Origin: Phyllobates terribilis
Taxonomy: Eukaryota
Length of the DNA stretch: 64,000 nucleotides
Direction of reading: 5' to 3'
NCBI RefSeq assembly: GCF_046119375.1
Contig: NW_027362876.1
Coordinates: forward strand, 2,852,001 to 2,916,000
Below, piece by piece: positions 37,285 to 48,107 of this stretch. A model generated the notes under the pieces. The model had not been told where the DNA came from. It searched no databases and saw nothing but the letters and a program-made list of their open reading frames with translations. Position 1 is the stretch's first letter. The number at the start of each line of letters is the position of its first letter. The translations under genes were made by a program, and so were the position numbers.

Positions 37285-38611
37285 GAAAGGGCCGGTATCT
37301 TTTAACCCTATCTTCGGGAAATCCTTTTTTCTTGTCGGATGCTCTTTCTAGGATCTCGTCCAACGCTGGACCAAAGACCCGAGCACCCGAAAAGGGAATT
37401 GAGCACAATTTATTCTTTGAGTGGCTATCCCCCGACCACGTCTTTAGCCATCATGCCCGTCTAGCTGTATTAGATAATACGCTACATCTAGCTGCGAATC
37501 TGACCGATTCGGCCGAGGCATCAGCCATGAATTGCGTTGCCAGCTTTAACATGGGAAGAGAGTCTGATGGCATCTCTACAGGGGAGTCTGACCTAATTTG
37601 ATCTGACAGCTCGTCCAACCAAAGGCACATGGATCTTGCTACTGAAGTGGCTGCGATATTTGATTTAATTATGGCTGCTGAAGCTTCCCAGCTCCTCTTG
37701 AGCATACTCTCAGCCTTCCTATCCATTGAGTCCTTGAGGCAAGACGAGTCTTCAAAGGGGATGGATGTTTTTTTAGCCACTTTCGCTATTGGAACATCTA
37801 CTTTAGGGATCTCCTCCCAGAGTTTGATATCCTCCGGATTGAAAGGAAGACGGGATTTAAAGTCTCTTGGCACAATGAGTCTTTTCTCCACTTCTTCCCA
37901 TTCCTCCATAATCATTGATTTTAAATGCTCATTTACAGGGAACACTCTATTTCTCCGAGTTCTCAGACCTGCGAACATTTCATCTTGTCTGGAATGGGAG
38001 ACCCGAGTGTCCTCCAAGTTCATAGTATGCCTGACGGACTTTAACAGTTCGTCCGTATGTTCTGTAGAGAAGATATATTTCTTTCTCTCTTGTGAGGGTA
38101 ACTGAGAGAAGCGATCCTCATCCTCTTCTAAACTGTGCTCTGATGCTGAGTCTGAATATTCTCCTTCTTCAGACACCTCTTCCATCTCCCACCTAGGTCT
38201 TTTCTGATGAGGAGAAGGCTGTACTATCTGGGGTGACGGTTGTGTATGGGAAGACATGAGGGTCGAGACTGTACTCTGGACCTCCTCACGTATCATAGAT
38301 TTTATATCCGTCAAAAAAGAAGTTTTTTCTTCCTTTAGGACCTCGGCTATACATTATTTACACAGCCGCTTTTTATACGAGTCCTGAAGCTTTGTGTTGC
38401 AGTCTACACATCGTCTTGACTTTTTGGAAGAAGATCCAGACCTCTGGGTTCCCCTCTCCTAATCCATAAAAACATATAAAAGGACACCGGAGATTTACTA
38501 TAAAACCCTGTCCTAGAATACTCTGATCTATCCAGAGAAGGGTTTTAAGCCTGTACTCACACTGCCCAGGGACTCTGAGGGGGCTTCTGACCGTGAAGGA
38601 TTAGCTTCCAT
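37184..38611 (-). pseudogene. gag: DIRS gag-like ORF1 with a predicted 102-nt intron (38459-38560) and two in-frame stops
   Basis: Exon 1 MEANPSRSEAPSESLGS|GTGAGT; polypyrimidine tract then TTAG|GAG; CVDC..LCK*C; RRALW-type motif; phase 0 on both sides. Confidence 0.7.
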
Positions 38612-40874
38612 GGTGTCAGTGTGTGTGTGGCAGAGGTGCACCCTTTAATAGGGTCTTACCTGATCCAGGTGATGGCTTATCGCTGGGGCGTGGCTTTCTC
38701 AATGCCCTGGAGGTTCATCACTGCCTCCGGGCACCTGCGTTGAAGCCCCTCTCATATAGGAGAAGAAGCGGCGTGCGTTCCACCCTGGAACGCAAGAAGG
38801 CCAAAGCGGACGTCCGCTCTTCTGACTCCGCCCACCGGAAGTCTCGCACAGCGTGCGGCGTGCGTTCCACCCTGGAGCGCACGCCGGCCCCAAAGCGGAT
38901 GTTCCTGGATGACTCCACCTCCCGCCGGAAGCCATACACCGCGCTCCTCTGTGGAGCGCACGCCGGCACAGCGCAACGCTCAGAGCCCCCGGGGGATACA
39001 GCGGTAAGTGGCGGTCTTCTGGCTGAGGGACCCCGCAAAGGGGCATCAGCATGGAGCCTCTGGACTGAAGGAAGGGGAGAGTTCTGAGACCCCCCAATCC
39101 CCCTAGCTCTCAGGTAACGCTTTATCTTCGGAAACCTCCCATATCGTCCTGTCCTGCTAGGGACAAGAAAAACACTGAGGGTGTGATGGGGGGGTGGGGC
39201 TTTTAACCTCTCATGTGTTTCCTGTCCCTAGAGGAACAGAGGACTTAACTCCTGTCGTGCAATTATGATGGACGTACTGGTAAAAGAAGATCATGTGGCA
39301 ATACTAAAGCAACATCTCAAGACATCAGCCAGGAAGTTAAAGCTTGGGCGGAAATGGGTCTTCCAAATGGACAATGACATGAAGTATACTGCCAAAATGG
39401 TAACAAAGTGGCTTAAGGATAACAAAGTCAATGTTTTAGAGTGACCATCATAAAGCCCTGATCTCAATCTTATTGAAAATTTATGGGCAAAGCTGAAAAG
39501 GCAGAGACGAGCAAGGTGACCTACAAACCTGGATCAGTCACACCAGTTTTGTCAGGAGGAATGGGCCCAAATTCCGACCAACTATTGTGAGAAGCTTGTG
39601 GAAGGATATCCCAAACGTTTGATCCAAGTCTTTCAGTTTAAGGGCAATGGTACCAAATGCTATTGAAATGTATGTAAACTTTTGACTTTGCAGTAAGTTA
39701 TAAAAATTCCTTAAAATATTCTCTCTCTCATTATTCTGGCATTTGGCAAATATTATAAATGATGGTAATCCTAATTGACCTAAAACAGGAAAGGTTTATT
39801 CTGATTTCATGTCAGATATTGAAAAAAACATGCAGATGTGTCTTTTTATGTATTGTATGTAAAGTTCTGGTTTCTACTGTAGGTGATATCCAGAAGTCTA
39901 TTGATCCTATTCTGAACATTATTGGAGAGTTTGGTGAATGGTCAGGACTGTCCATTAATCGGGATAAGTCGGTTATTCTACCATTTGATGATATCCCTGA
40001 TTCGAGCATATTAGAACATACACGAATACAAACGGTTGAGAAATTCTAATACCGAGTATAAGTATAACGATAAGATCTCCGGATTACATTGTACTGAATC
40101 TATATCTTCTTCTGGAAAAGTATTAAAAGAAAATCGATGCGTGGTGGAAATTACCATTATCAGCTGTAGGAAGAGGGAACTTATTACAAATGACATTGAT
40201 GCCCCAACTCTTATACATTCTGCATAATGCCCCTATTTGGATCCATAATTCCCATTTTCAGAAAATTCATAGCAAGTTTCATTCTCTTATATGGAAAAAG
40301 AAATCGGCTAGGATAAAATGTGAATATCTACAAAGTGACAAGGAATCTGGTGGATTGGCGATTCCTAATGCACTAATATATTATATTGCAACATTTGGGT
40401 GGGAAGCATAGCGCTGCAAACCCAAATAGTATTAAGGGGTTAATTACCTCAAGAACACGGTGGAATATTCCTATTCATATAGTGGAGGAAGTGGGAGGAG
40501 GCCTGACAGGAAGTGGTGGATGCGGAGCCTGCCGTGTGCTGCAAGAGTTGTGCTGTGTGTGGAGAGAGCTCCTGGGAAGGGAGGAGAGCCAGGCGGAGGT
40601 GACCGAGCGGACCGGGAGGACCAGTAGGAGGCGACCGGAGGGACGAGCGCAAGAGAGCGCTGTGGCAGCGTGCAGTGCCGGCCAGCGGAGGGTGCCAGGT
40701 GGTGGTGACCAGGAGGTGATCAGGAGGACCGGTAAGAGGCGACCGGAGGGACAAGCGCGCTGTGATAGCGTGCAGCGTCCCTAGAGGAGGTGAGTGAGGG
40801 GCAGGAGGCCGCGATAAGCGGCCCTACTGAACCCAAGTGTGTACTGTACTGTATTGTATTTGTATTGTATTCCC

Positions 40875-41560
40875 TAGTCCATATTTAATTGATCACCCCC
40901 GTCCATATTTAAATTGATTCCCCTGAACACCCCCGTCCATATTTAACTGATCCCTCTGACCACATTAAATTGACCCCCCGTCCTCATTTAATTGATCCCC
41001 GACCACCCCCCATCCATATTAAAGTGATCCCCCTGACCACATTTAAATGATTGATCCCCCTTGTCCTATTTAATAGATTCCCCTTGTCCACTTTTACTCA
41101 TCCCCAGTCCCTATCTATTTGCCTTATCCCCCACCATATTTTATTAACCCCTGTCCATAATTAATTGATTGATTCCCCAGACCACAATTATTTCCCCAGT
41201 CCATATTTATTGATATTATTGATACTTATTGATCCCCAGTCCTTAGTTAATTGACCCACCGTCCATACCTATTTATTTGCTTTACCCCCCATCTTATTTA
41301 ATTAAACCCCCTGTCCATAATTAATTGATTGATTCCCTAGTCCACAATTAATTATTTCCCCAGTTCATACTTATTGATCCCAGTCCATAGTTAATTGACA
41401 CACCGTCCATACTTAATTAATCCACCTGACCCACTCAGCTGATCCCCCGTCCATACTTAATTGATACTTAATTGATCCCCCGTCCATACTTAACTGATCC
41501 CGCGCCGATATCTAATCGATACACTTGCACATCCCTAATTGATCCCCGTCCATACACCTA
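40875..41560 (+). repeat. Degenerate tandem array in the CR1 5' UTR
   Basis: Roughly 20 or more copies of GTCCATA(T/C)TTAATTGATCCCC-like units. Confidence 0.75.
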
Positions 41561-41620
41561 TATATAAATAATTGTGTTTTGTACTTGTACATATATACTG
41601 ACTGTATCCCCATATTTAAA

Positions 41621-42547
41621 ATGACGTCCATGTTGGCCGGAGCCGTGCAGTGTACATCTTGCGCAATGTATGCATTCCCTGAGCTACCGCTCAGGGATCC
41701 ATACTGCTGCGAGAGATGTGAGCATATCGTGCACTTGGAAGCCCAAATCCTGGATCTAAGTGCTCAGATAGCGGTACTGAGGAGCATCGACAACATGGAA
41801 CGGAGTTTGCTGCTCACCGAGCAGACACTCAATGGGTCAACACTGGGGGTGGAGCTTAGTGGGGAAGCGCAGGCTGAACAGGCAGGGAGCTGGGTAACAG
41901 TTAGAAGGGATAGAGGGAAGAAATATAGGAAGGCTGGTTCAGAACCGGCATTATTGGAGCACGACAGATCCTCTGACCGCCGGGGGAGTGTATGCTCCAG
42001 TAATGAGGGGGAGGGGGGAAGTGTAGGGCAGGCTAGACAGGTCCTGGTAGTGGGTGACTCTATTATTAGGGGGACAGACAAGGCAATCTGTCACAAAGAC
42101 CGGGATCGCCGAACGGTGTGCTGCCTCCCTGGCGCTCGAGTCCGGCACATCGTGGATCGGGTTGACAGGTTACTGGGTGGGGCTGGCGAAGACCCAGCGG
42201 TCATGGTCCACATTGGCACCAATGACAAAGTGAGTGGTAGATGGAGGGTCCTTAAAAATGATTTCAGGGATCTAGGTAGGAAGCTTAGGGCAAGGACCTC
42301 CAAGGTAGTTTTCTCAGAAATACTACCAATCCCGCGAGCCACACAGGAGCGCCAACGGGAGGTTAGGGAGGTGAATAAGTGGCTAAAGAGTTGGTGCAAG
42401 GCAGAAGGGTTTGGGTTCATGGAGAACTGGGCCGACTTCGCTGTCGGCTACAGGCTCTACCGTAGGGACGGGCTGCACCTCAATGGGGAGGGTGCAGCGG
42501 TGCTGGGGAAGAAGATGGCTAATAGGTTGGAGGAGTTTTTAAACTAG
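41621..42547 (+). CDS. CR1 ORF1, intact, 308 aa (zinc finger/leucine zipper plus SGNH esterase)
   Basis: CTSC..CERC, LEAQILDL; VLVVGDSII, PGARV, VHIGTND, DGLHLN. Confidence 0.9.
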   Translation: MTSMLAGAVQCTSCAMYAFPELPLRDPYCCERCEHIVHLEAQILDLSAQIAVLRSIDNMERSLLLTEQTLNGSTLGVELSGEAQAEQAGSWVTVRRDRGKKYRKAGSEPALLEHDRSSDRRGSVCSSNEGEGGSVGQARQVLVVGDSIIRGTDKAICHKDRDRRTVCCLPGARVRHIVDRVDRLLGGAGEDPAVMVHIGTNDKVSGRWRVLKNDFRDLGRKLRARTSKVVFSEILPIPRATQERQREVREVNKWLKSWCKAEGFGFMENWADFAVGYRLYRRDGLHLNGEGAAVLGKKMANRLEEFLN

Positions 42548-42666
42548 AGACGGGGGGGGAAACCAAGGAAATAGGTGGGATGTGAGGCAAGCAAGGGGGA
42601 AGGGGAGAAGTGACTATAATGAGGGTGGAGAGGGGGGTGGGGATAGTACAGTTAGAGAAGAATAGG

Positions 42667-45473
42667 ATGCTAAATAACCCCAAAGTTTTATCTTGCATGC
42701 TGACCAACGCAAGAAGCCTGACCAATAAGGCGGATGAGCTGCGGGCGCTTATATCGGAAGAGAGGTATGACATCGTAGGTGTAACAGAGACTTGGCTAGA
42801 CGATAGCTACGACTGGGCGGTAAATTTAACAGATTATAGTTTATTTAGAAGGGACCGGAAACAGGGGAAGGGCGGAGGAGTCTGCTTATATGTAAAGTCA
42901 CGTCTAAAGCCCAGACTAAGGGAAGATATAGGAGAGGGAGAAGAGGGGGTCGAGTCCATGTGGGTAGAGATAGAGGGGGCAAAAAATAATAATAAAATAT
43001 TACTGGGGGTCTGCTATAAGCCACCCAATATAACAGAGGAGAATGAGAAACTGCTATTAGGACAAATAGACAAAGTAGCAAAACATAATGAGGTGATTGT
43101 AATGGGGGACTTCAACTACCCAGATATTGACTGGGAAACAGAAACCTGTAGATCTCAGAAAGGAAAAAGGTTCTTGACAAATATCAAGGATAATTATCTC
43201 TCCCAACTAGTGCAGGAACCAACGAGAGGGAAGGCCGTGTTGGACTTAATATTGACTAATAGGCCTGATAGAATAACTGAGGTACAGATGGGGGGCACCT
43301 AGGTAATAGCGATCATAATATTATCAATTTCAAAATGCCCTTCAGTAGGGTTATCAATAAGGGAACAACTAAAACATTAAACTTTAGGAGGGCGAAGTTT
43401 GATCAGCTGAAAGAAAACCTTCAACTTATAGACTGGGACAAAGTTCTTAATCAAGGAAATACGAATAGTAAATGGGAAACCTTCAAAAGAATTCTGAATA
43501 CTCAGTGCGAGAGGTATATACCGTATGGGAATAAAAGGGCCAGAAATAAGAGGAAACCAATATGGTTGAATAAGAACGTAAAAGGGGCGTTAAATAGCAA
43601 AAAAGAGGCATTCAAGAGATTAAAACAGGAAAATAGTAAGGAGGCACTAATGTGTTACAAGGAAAAAACGAGAACCTGCAAAAAACAAATAAAAATAGCA
43701 AAGGAGGAAACAGAGAGACGTATTGCTAGGGAAAGTAGATCAAATCCCAAACTGTTCTTTACGTATATAAATAGTAAAAGGATTAAATCGAATAATATTG
43801 GACCGATAAAAAGTGATGAAGGCAAAATCATAGAGAAAGATGAGGATAAAGCTAATCTATTAAATAAATTTTTTTCGTCAACTTTCACAAAGGAAAAAGA
43901 ACTAACAGGCGAAATGAGAAGTGACAAGCTTAATCCTCCACTAAGTATGACAAATCTAACCCAAGCTGGGGTACAGAAACGCCTCAGTAACATTAAAATA
44001 AACAAATCACCAGGACCTGATGGCATACACCCACGGGTACTAAGGGAACTAAGTAATGTGATAGACAGACCGTTATATCTTATATTTAAGGACTCTGTTG
44101 AGACTGGGTCTGTACCACTTGATTGGCGACAGGCGAATGTAGTGCCAATATTCAAAAAGGGAGCAAAAAGTAACACCGGAAACTATCGGCCGGTGAGTCT
44201 GACGTCCGTTGTGGGCAAAATTTTTGAAGGCTTTATTAATGAGGCAATCATGGAGCATCTTGATGCTAATAATCTATTAACCCCGAACCAACATGGATTC
44301 ATGAGGAATCGTTCCTGCCAAACAAACCTGATTGACTTCTACGAGGAGGTTAGCTCTCGAGTAGATCAGGGGGAACCAGTGGATGTCGTGTATCTCGACT
44401 TCTCAAAAGCGTTCGATAGCGTGCCACATAATAGGTTGGTATACAAAATGAGAATGATGGGGCTGGGGGAAAATGTCTGCAAGTGGGTAGCTAACTGGCT
44501 AAAGGATAGAAGGCAGAGGGTGGTTATAAATGGAATATACTCAGATTGGGTAAGCGTCACTAGTGGGGTACCACAGGGGTCTGTACTAGGCCCAATGTTA
44601 TTTAATATCTTTATTAACGACATAGTCAACGGGATAAATAGTAAAATATCAATATTTGCAGATGACACAAAGTTATGTAAAACAATTAATACAAAAGAGG
44701 ATAGTGAAGACCTACAGAGGGATTTGGATAAGCTGGGTAGGTGGAGCATTAAATGGCAAATGAGGTTTAACGAGGAGAAATGTAAGGTCATACATATGGG
44801 AAGGAAAAATGGAAGTCACCAGTACTCACTGAATGGGAAATCATTGGGGAATTCAGAGATGGAGAAGGACTTGGGCATCTTGATTGATAGCAAACTAAAT
44901 TGGAGTGCCCAAAGTCAGGCCGCTGCTGTAAGGGCAAACAGGGTAATGGGATGTATCAGAAGAGGTATAGCTGCAAAGGATGAGAACATTGTTCTTCCAC
45001 TGTACAAAGCACTGGTCAGACCACACTTGGATACTGTGCTCAGTTATGGGCCCCAATATATAGAAAGGATATAAATGAGCTTGAAAAGGTACAAAGGAGG
45101 GCAACAAAATTAATAAGGGGAATGGAGGGACTGCAATACCCAGAGAGGTTGGCAAAACTAGGACTATTCAGCCTGGAAAAGAGAAAGGTTGAGGGGGGAC
45201 ATAATAAATGTGAACAAATATGTTAGGGGACAGTATAGAGACCTTGCCTGGGATTTGTTCAAAAGGAGGGATATTACGGTAACAAGAGGGCATTCACTAA
45301 GACTGGAAGAGAAAAGGTTTCAGCACCAGCATAGGAAGGGGTTCTTTACGGTAAGAGCAGTGAGAATATGGAATTCACTGAGTGAGGAGACGGTAATGTC
45401 GGATTCACTAAACCAGTTCAAGCGGGGACTGGATGCTTTTCTAGATACCAGGCAGATTTCTGCATATACTTAA
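42667..45473 (+). pseudogene. CR1 ORF2 (APE endonuclease plus RT) with two single-base frameshifts near 43295 and 45030
   Basis: NARSL, VTETW, GDFN, LGNSDH, SPGPDGIHP, NYRPVSL, QHGF, YLDFSKAFD, GVPQGS, FADD. Confidence 0.92.
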
Positions 45474-47103
45474 AAATAGAATAAAATAGTAGGTTGATAC
45501 AGGGATTTATTCTGACTGCTGGTTTCAGAGTCGGGAGGGAATTTTTCCTCAGGTGAAGATTGGCTAAATCATTTGGGGTTTTTGCCCTCCTCTGGATCAA
45601 CTTTAGCAATTACAGAACTAACAGGTCGAACTTGATGGACGCAAGTCTTTATTCGGCTTTACTAACTATGTAACTGAATGACCTCGCACACAAGAAATCA
45701 ATATACCCTACACTTGCTCTACTCTACAAGGTCCGGGATAGGGGTAAAGATATAATGGAAATAGGAGACTGCAATGAATATACACCTATATGGTTTAATA
45801 ATGAATATGCAGAGGTCTATAAATTAGAGGGATTCCGGAGTTGGGTGGATAAAGGAATATATACGATATAAAACATATATACGATATAAAACATATTGTC
45901 TGAAGGGATACTTAAGTCCTTTAATGAATTAATGGGGGGATTTGGGTTGACAAATAAACAATTCTAGAAATATCTACAGTTTCGGCATTCATTTAATGCA
46001 CAATCAAGATGGACGCCCTTTTGGGTAGAAAATAATACTTTTGTTAAGTTGGTATTAGAGAAGGGAAATACTAAGGGTCGTATTTCTGATATTTACTGAG
46101 TCCTTCTTGATAATTATTTAAAAATATTTCCTTCTCCAGCTAGACAAAAATGGATGGAGATATAGGTCCAATTTCTGAGGATCAATGGAGAGCGGTATTA
46201 GAACTGGTACCCCAATTATCTGTAAATGAGGCTGAGATTTTCCCAGATCATATTAATACATAGGAAATATAAGACGCCTAGATTCCTATGTAACATAGGA
46301 TACCGGACTGCCGCTGAATGTCCAAGATGTAACATGGATGCTGCGGGCCTATTACATACGCTATGGGAATGCCGGGAGTTAGGTAAATACTGGAAAGGAG
46401 TTCTGTCTATTATAAAGAGGGTATATAAAATAGATATTCAACCAGACCCCAAAAAATGCCTATTAGGTATATTAGAGGATGATATGGAATTTGACCCAAT
46501 TTCAATAGGGATTTCACATATTTTATTTCAAGCTAGGAAACATATTGCATCCAAATGGATTAACCCCTCACCTCCAGAAATGAGTGAACTCAAAAATAGG
46601 ATAAATAATATTATCAGATTAGAAAAAGGGGTATGTAAAAAACAAAACTCAATGAATAAATTAGAGAAAATATAGGGCTTATGGTTGGATACACCAGGAA
46701 TGCCATCAAGGGGGTTATTGCTGGAGAGACAATTTAACTGATGGGATGGGGGGGGGGGGGACTGGCGAGGTCTAATGTTTCATTGTAATGTGTATTGGAA
46801 TTCCCTAACATGTGGTATGGGTAATATAGCACACCTATATGTGTATAGGATTATAATGTTTATTACAATATTATAGTTATATAAGAGATTTCAAGAATGT
46901 GGAATGTTAATTGTAAGATATAGTAACTGCAAGTTATCAGACAGTAATGGGCAAGCTGAAAGGATATATAGGAGAGATGCATGTATGTCATCCCTATGAT
47001 ATGTTATTTTATTTCACTATTGTATGTACTGATTTCTTGTTTTATCCAAAAAAAAAAATAGTGAAAAAAATCTCAAAAGTGTATTGGATTAAAAAAAAAA
47101 AGA

Positions 47104-48107
47104 TCACGAAAAAAGGTTCTCCACTGTGTGGGTTCTCTTGTGACTATCAAGAATCATTTTACGATTAAAACATTTCCCACATTCTGAACATGAAAAAGGC
47201 TTCTCCCCTGTGTGAGTTCTCTGGTGTTTAACCAAAGCTGATTTAAGGTTAAAACATTTCCCACATTCTGGACATGAAAAAGGCTTCTCCCCTGTGTGGG
47301 TTCTCTGGTGCCTAATCAAAACTGATTTTTGGTTAAAACATTTCCCACATTCTGAACAAGAAAAAGGCTTCTCCCCTGTGTGGGTTCTCTTGTGGCAATC
47401 AAGAACCATTTTACGATTAAAACATTTCCCACATTCTGAACATGAAAAAGGCTTCTCTCCTGTGTGAGTTCTTTGGTGAGTAACAAGATCTGATTTCTGG
47501 TTAAAACATTTCCCACATTCTGAACAGGAAAAGGGCTTCTCTCCTGTGTGAGTTATCTGGTGTCTATCAAGATGCACTTTCTGGTTAAAACATTTCCCAC
47601 ATTCTGAACATGAAAAAGGCTTCTCCCCTGTGTGAGTTCTCTGGTGACGAACAAGAGCTGATTTCTGGTTACAACATTTCCCACATTCTGAACATGAAAA
47701 TGAATTCTCCACTGCGTAGATTCTCTGGTGATTAACAAAAACTGATTTCTGGTTAAAACATTTTCCACATTTGGAATAAAAAAATCTATTCTCCATTGTG
47801 TGTATTTTTTGATGTTTAAGAATATGCTTTTTGAGGGTAAAACTGTTTCCATTTTCTGAATGTGAAAATGATTTCTTTGCATTAGGAGCAGTTTGTATTG
47901 TAATGCTTATTTTATTTTGATTTTCCTTAGTAGTCGGTAATGAATCAGCAGACAGGACATGTTTCATAGAATTAGATGATAGATCTTTGCTGTGAAGGGA
48001 TGATGGTATATCTGGAGTAATGGCATTCACTTCAATTGTATCCTGTGGGATCTCAACATCATCCAATTTAAAAATCTCCTGTCCCTCTGATCTTCTGGTA
48101 CAGTCAT
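47104..48107 (-). CDS. ZNF gene 2 last exon (finger array)
   Basis: ORF 47104..48114 with [15 protein letters not shown] repeats. Confidence 0.9.

Larger units (their letters stand above)
28304..39285 (-). mobile_element. Full-length DIRS1-like tyrosine-recombinase retrotransposon (about 5.35 kb without the ERV)
   Basis: Inverted terminal repeats (about 28304-28441 and 39170-39285), internal complementary region, gag, RT/RH/MT and YR ORFs; no TSD, ends share AAAA with the target; removal restores Tc1 MRK|EDHV. Confidence 0.95.
25847..39879 (+). mobile_element. Sleeping-Beauty-like Tc1 transposon (1602 bp once nested inserts are removed)
   Basis: TA TSDs; about 215-bp IRs with inner and outer DRs AGTTTACATACAC; transposase MGKSKEISQD (26400), GHNDHHYAW, TVKHG, WVFQMDND, SPDLN.IENLW; several stops and frameshifts. 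Confidence 0.95.
40490..45675 (+). mobile_element. Near full-length CR1 LINE inserted into L1 no.2
   Basis: Long 5' UTR, ORF1, ORF2, 3' stem region and (TAACTATG) tail. Confidence 0.92.
24608..47101 (+). mobile_element. L1-clade LINE no.2, 5'-truncated, in three pieces: 24608-25846, 39882-about 40480, about 45676-47101
   Basis: LWEAMKADVRG, YRPI, DQSGF, LYADDLLIYI|GDIQK across the Tc1 insertion, GGLAIPN, TPIWFN, CPRC..HTLWEC, G-tract, polyA at about 47090-47101. Confidence 0.85.

Noticed and set aside
41990-42547. SGNH esterase as novel captured cargo
   Set aside because: An established feature of CR1 ORF1 proteins.
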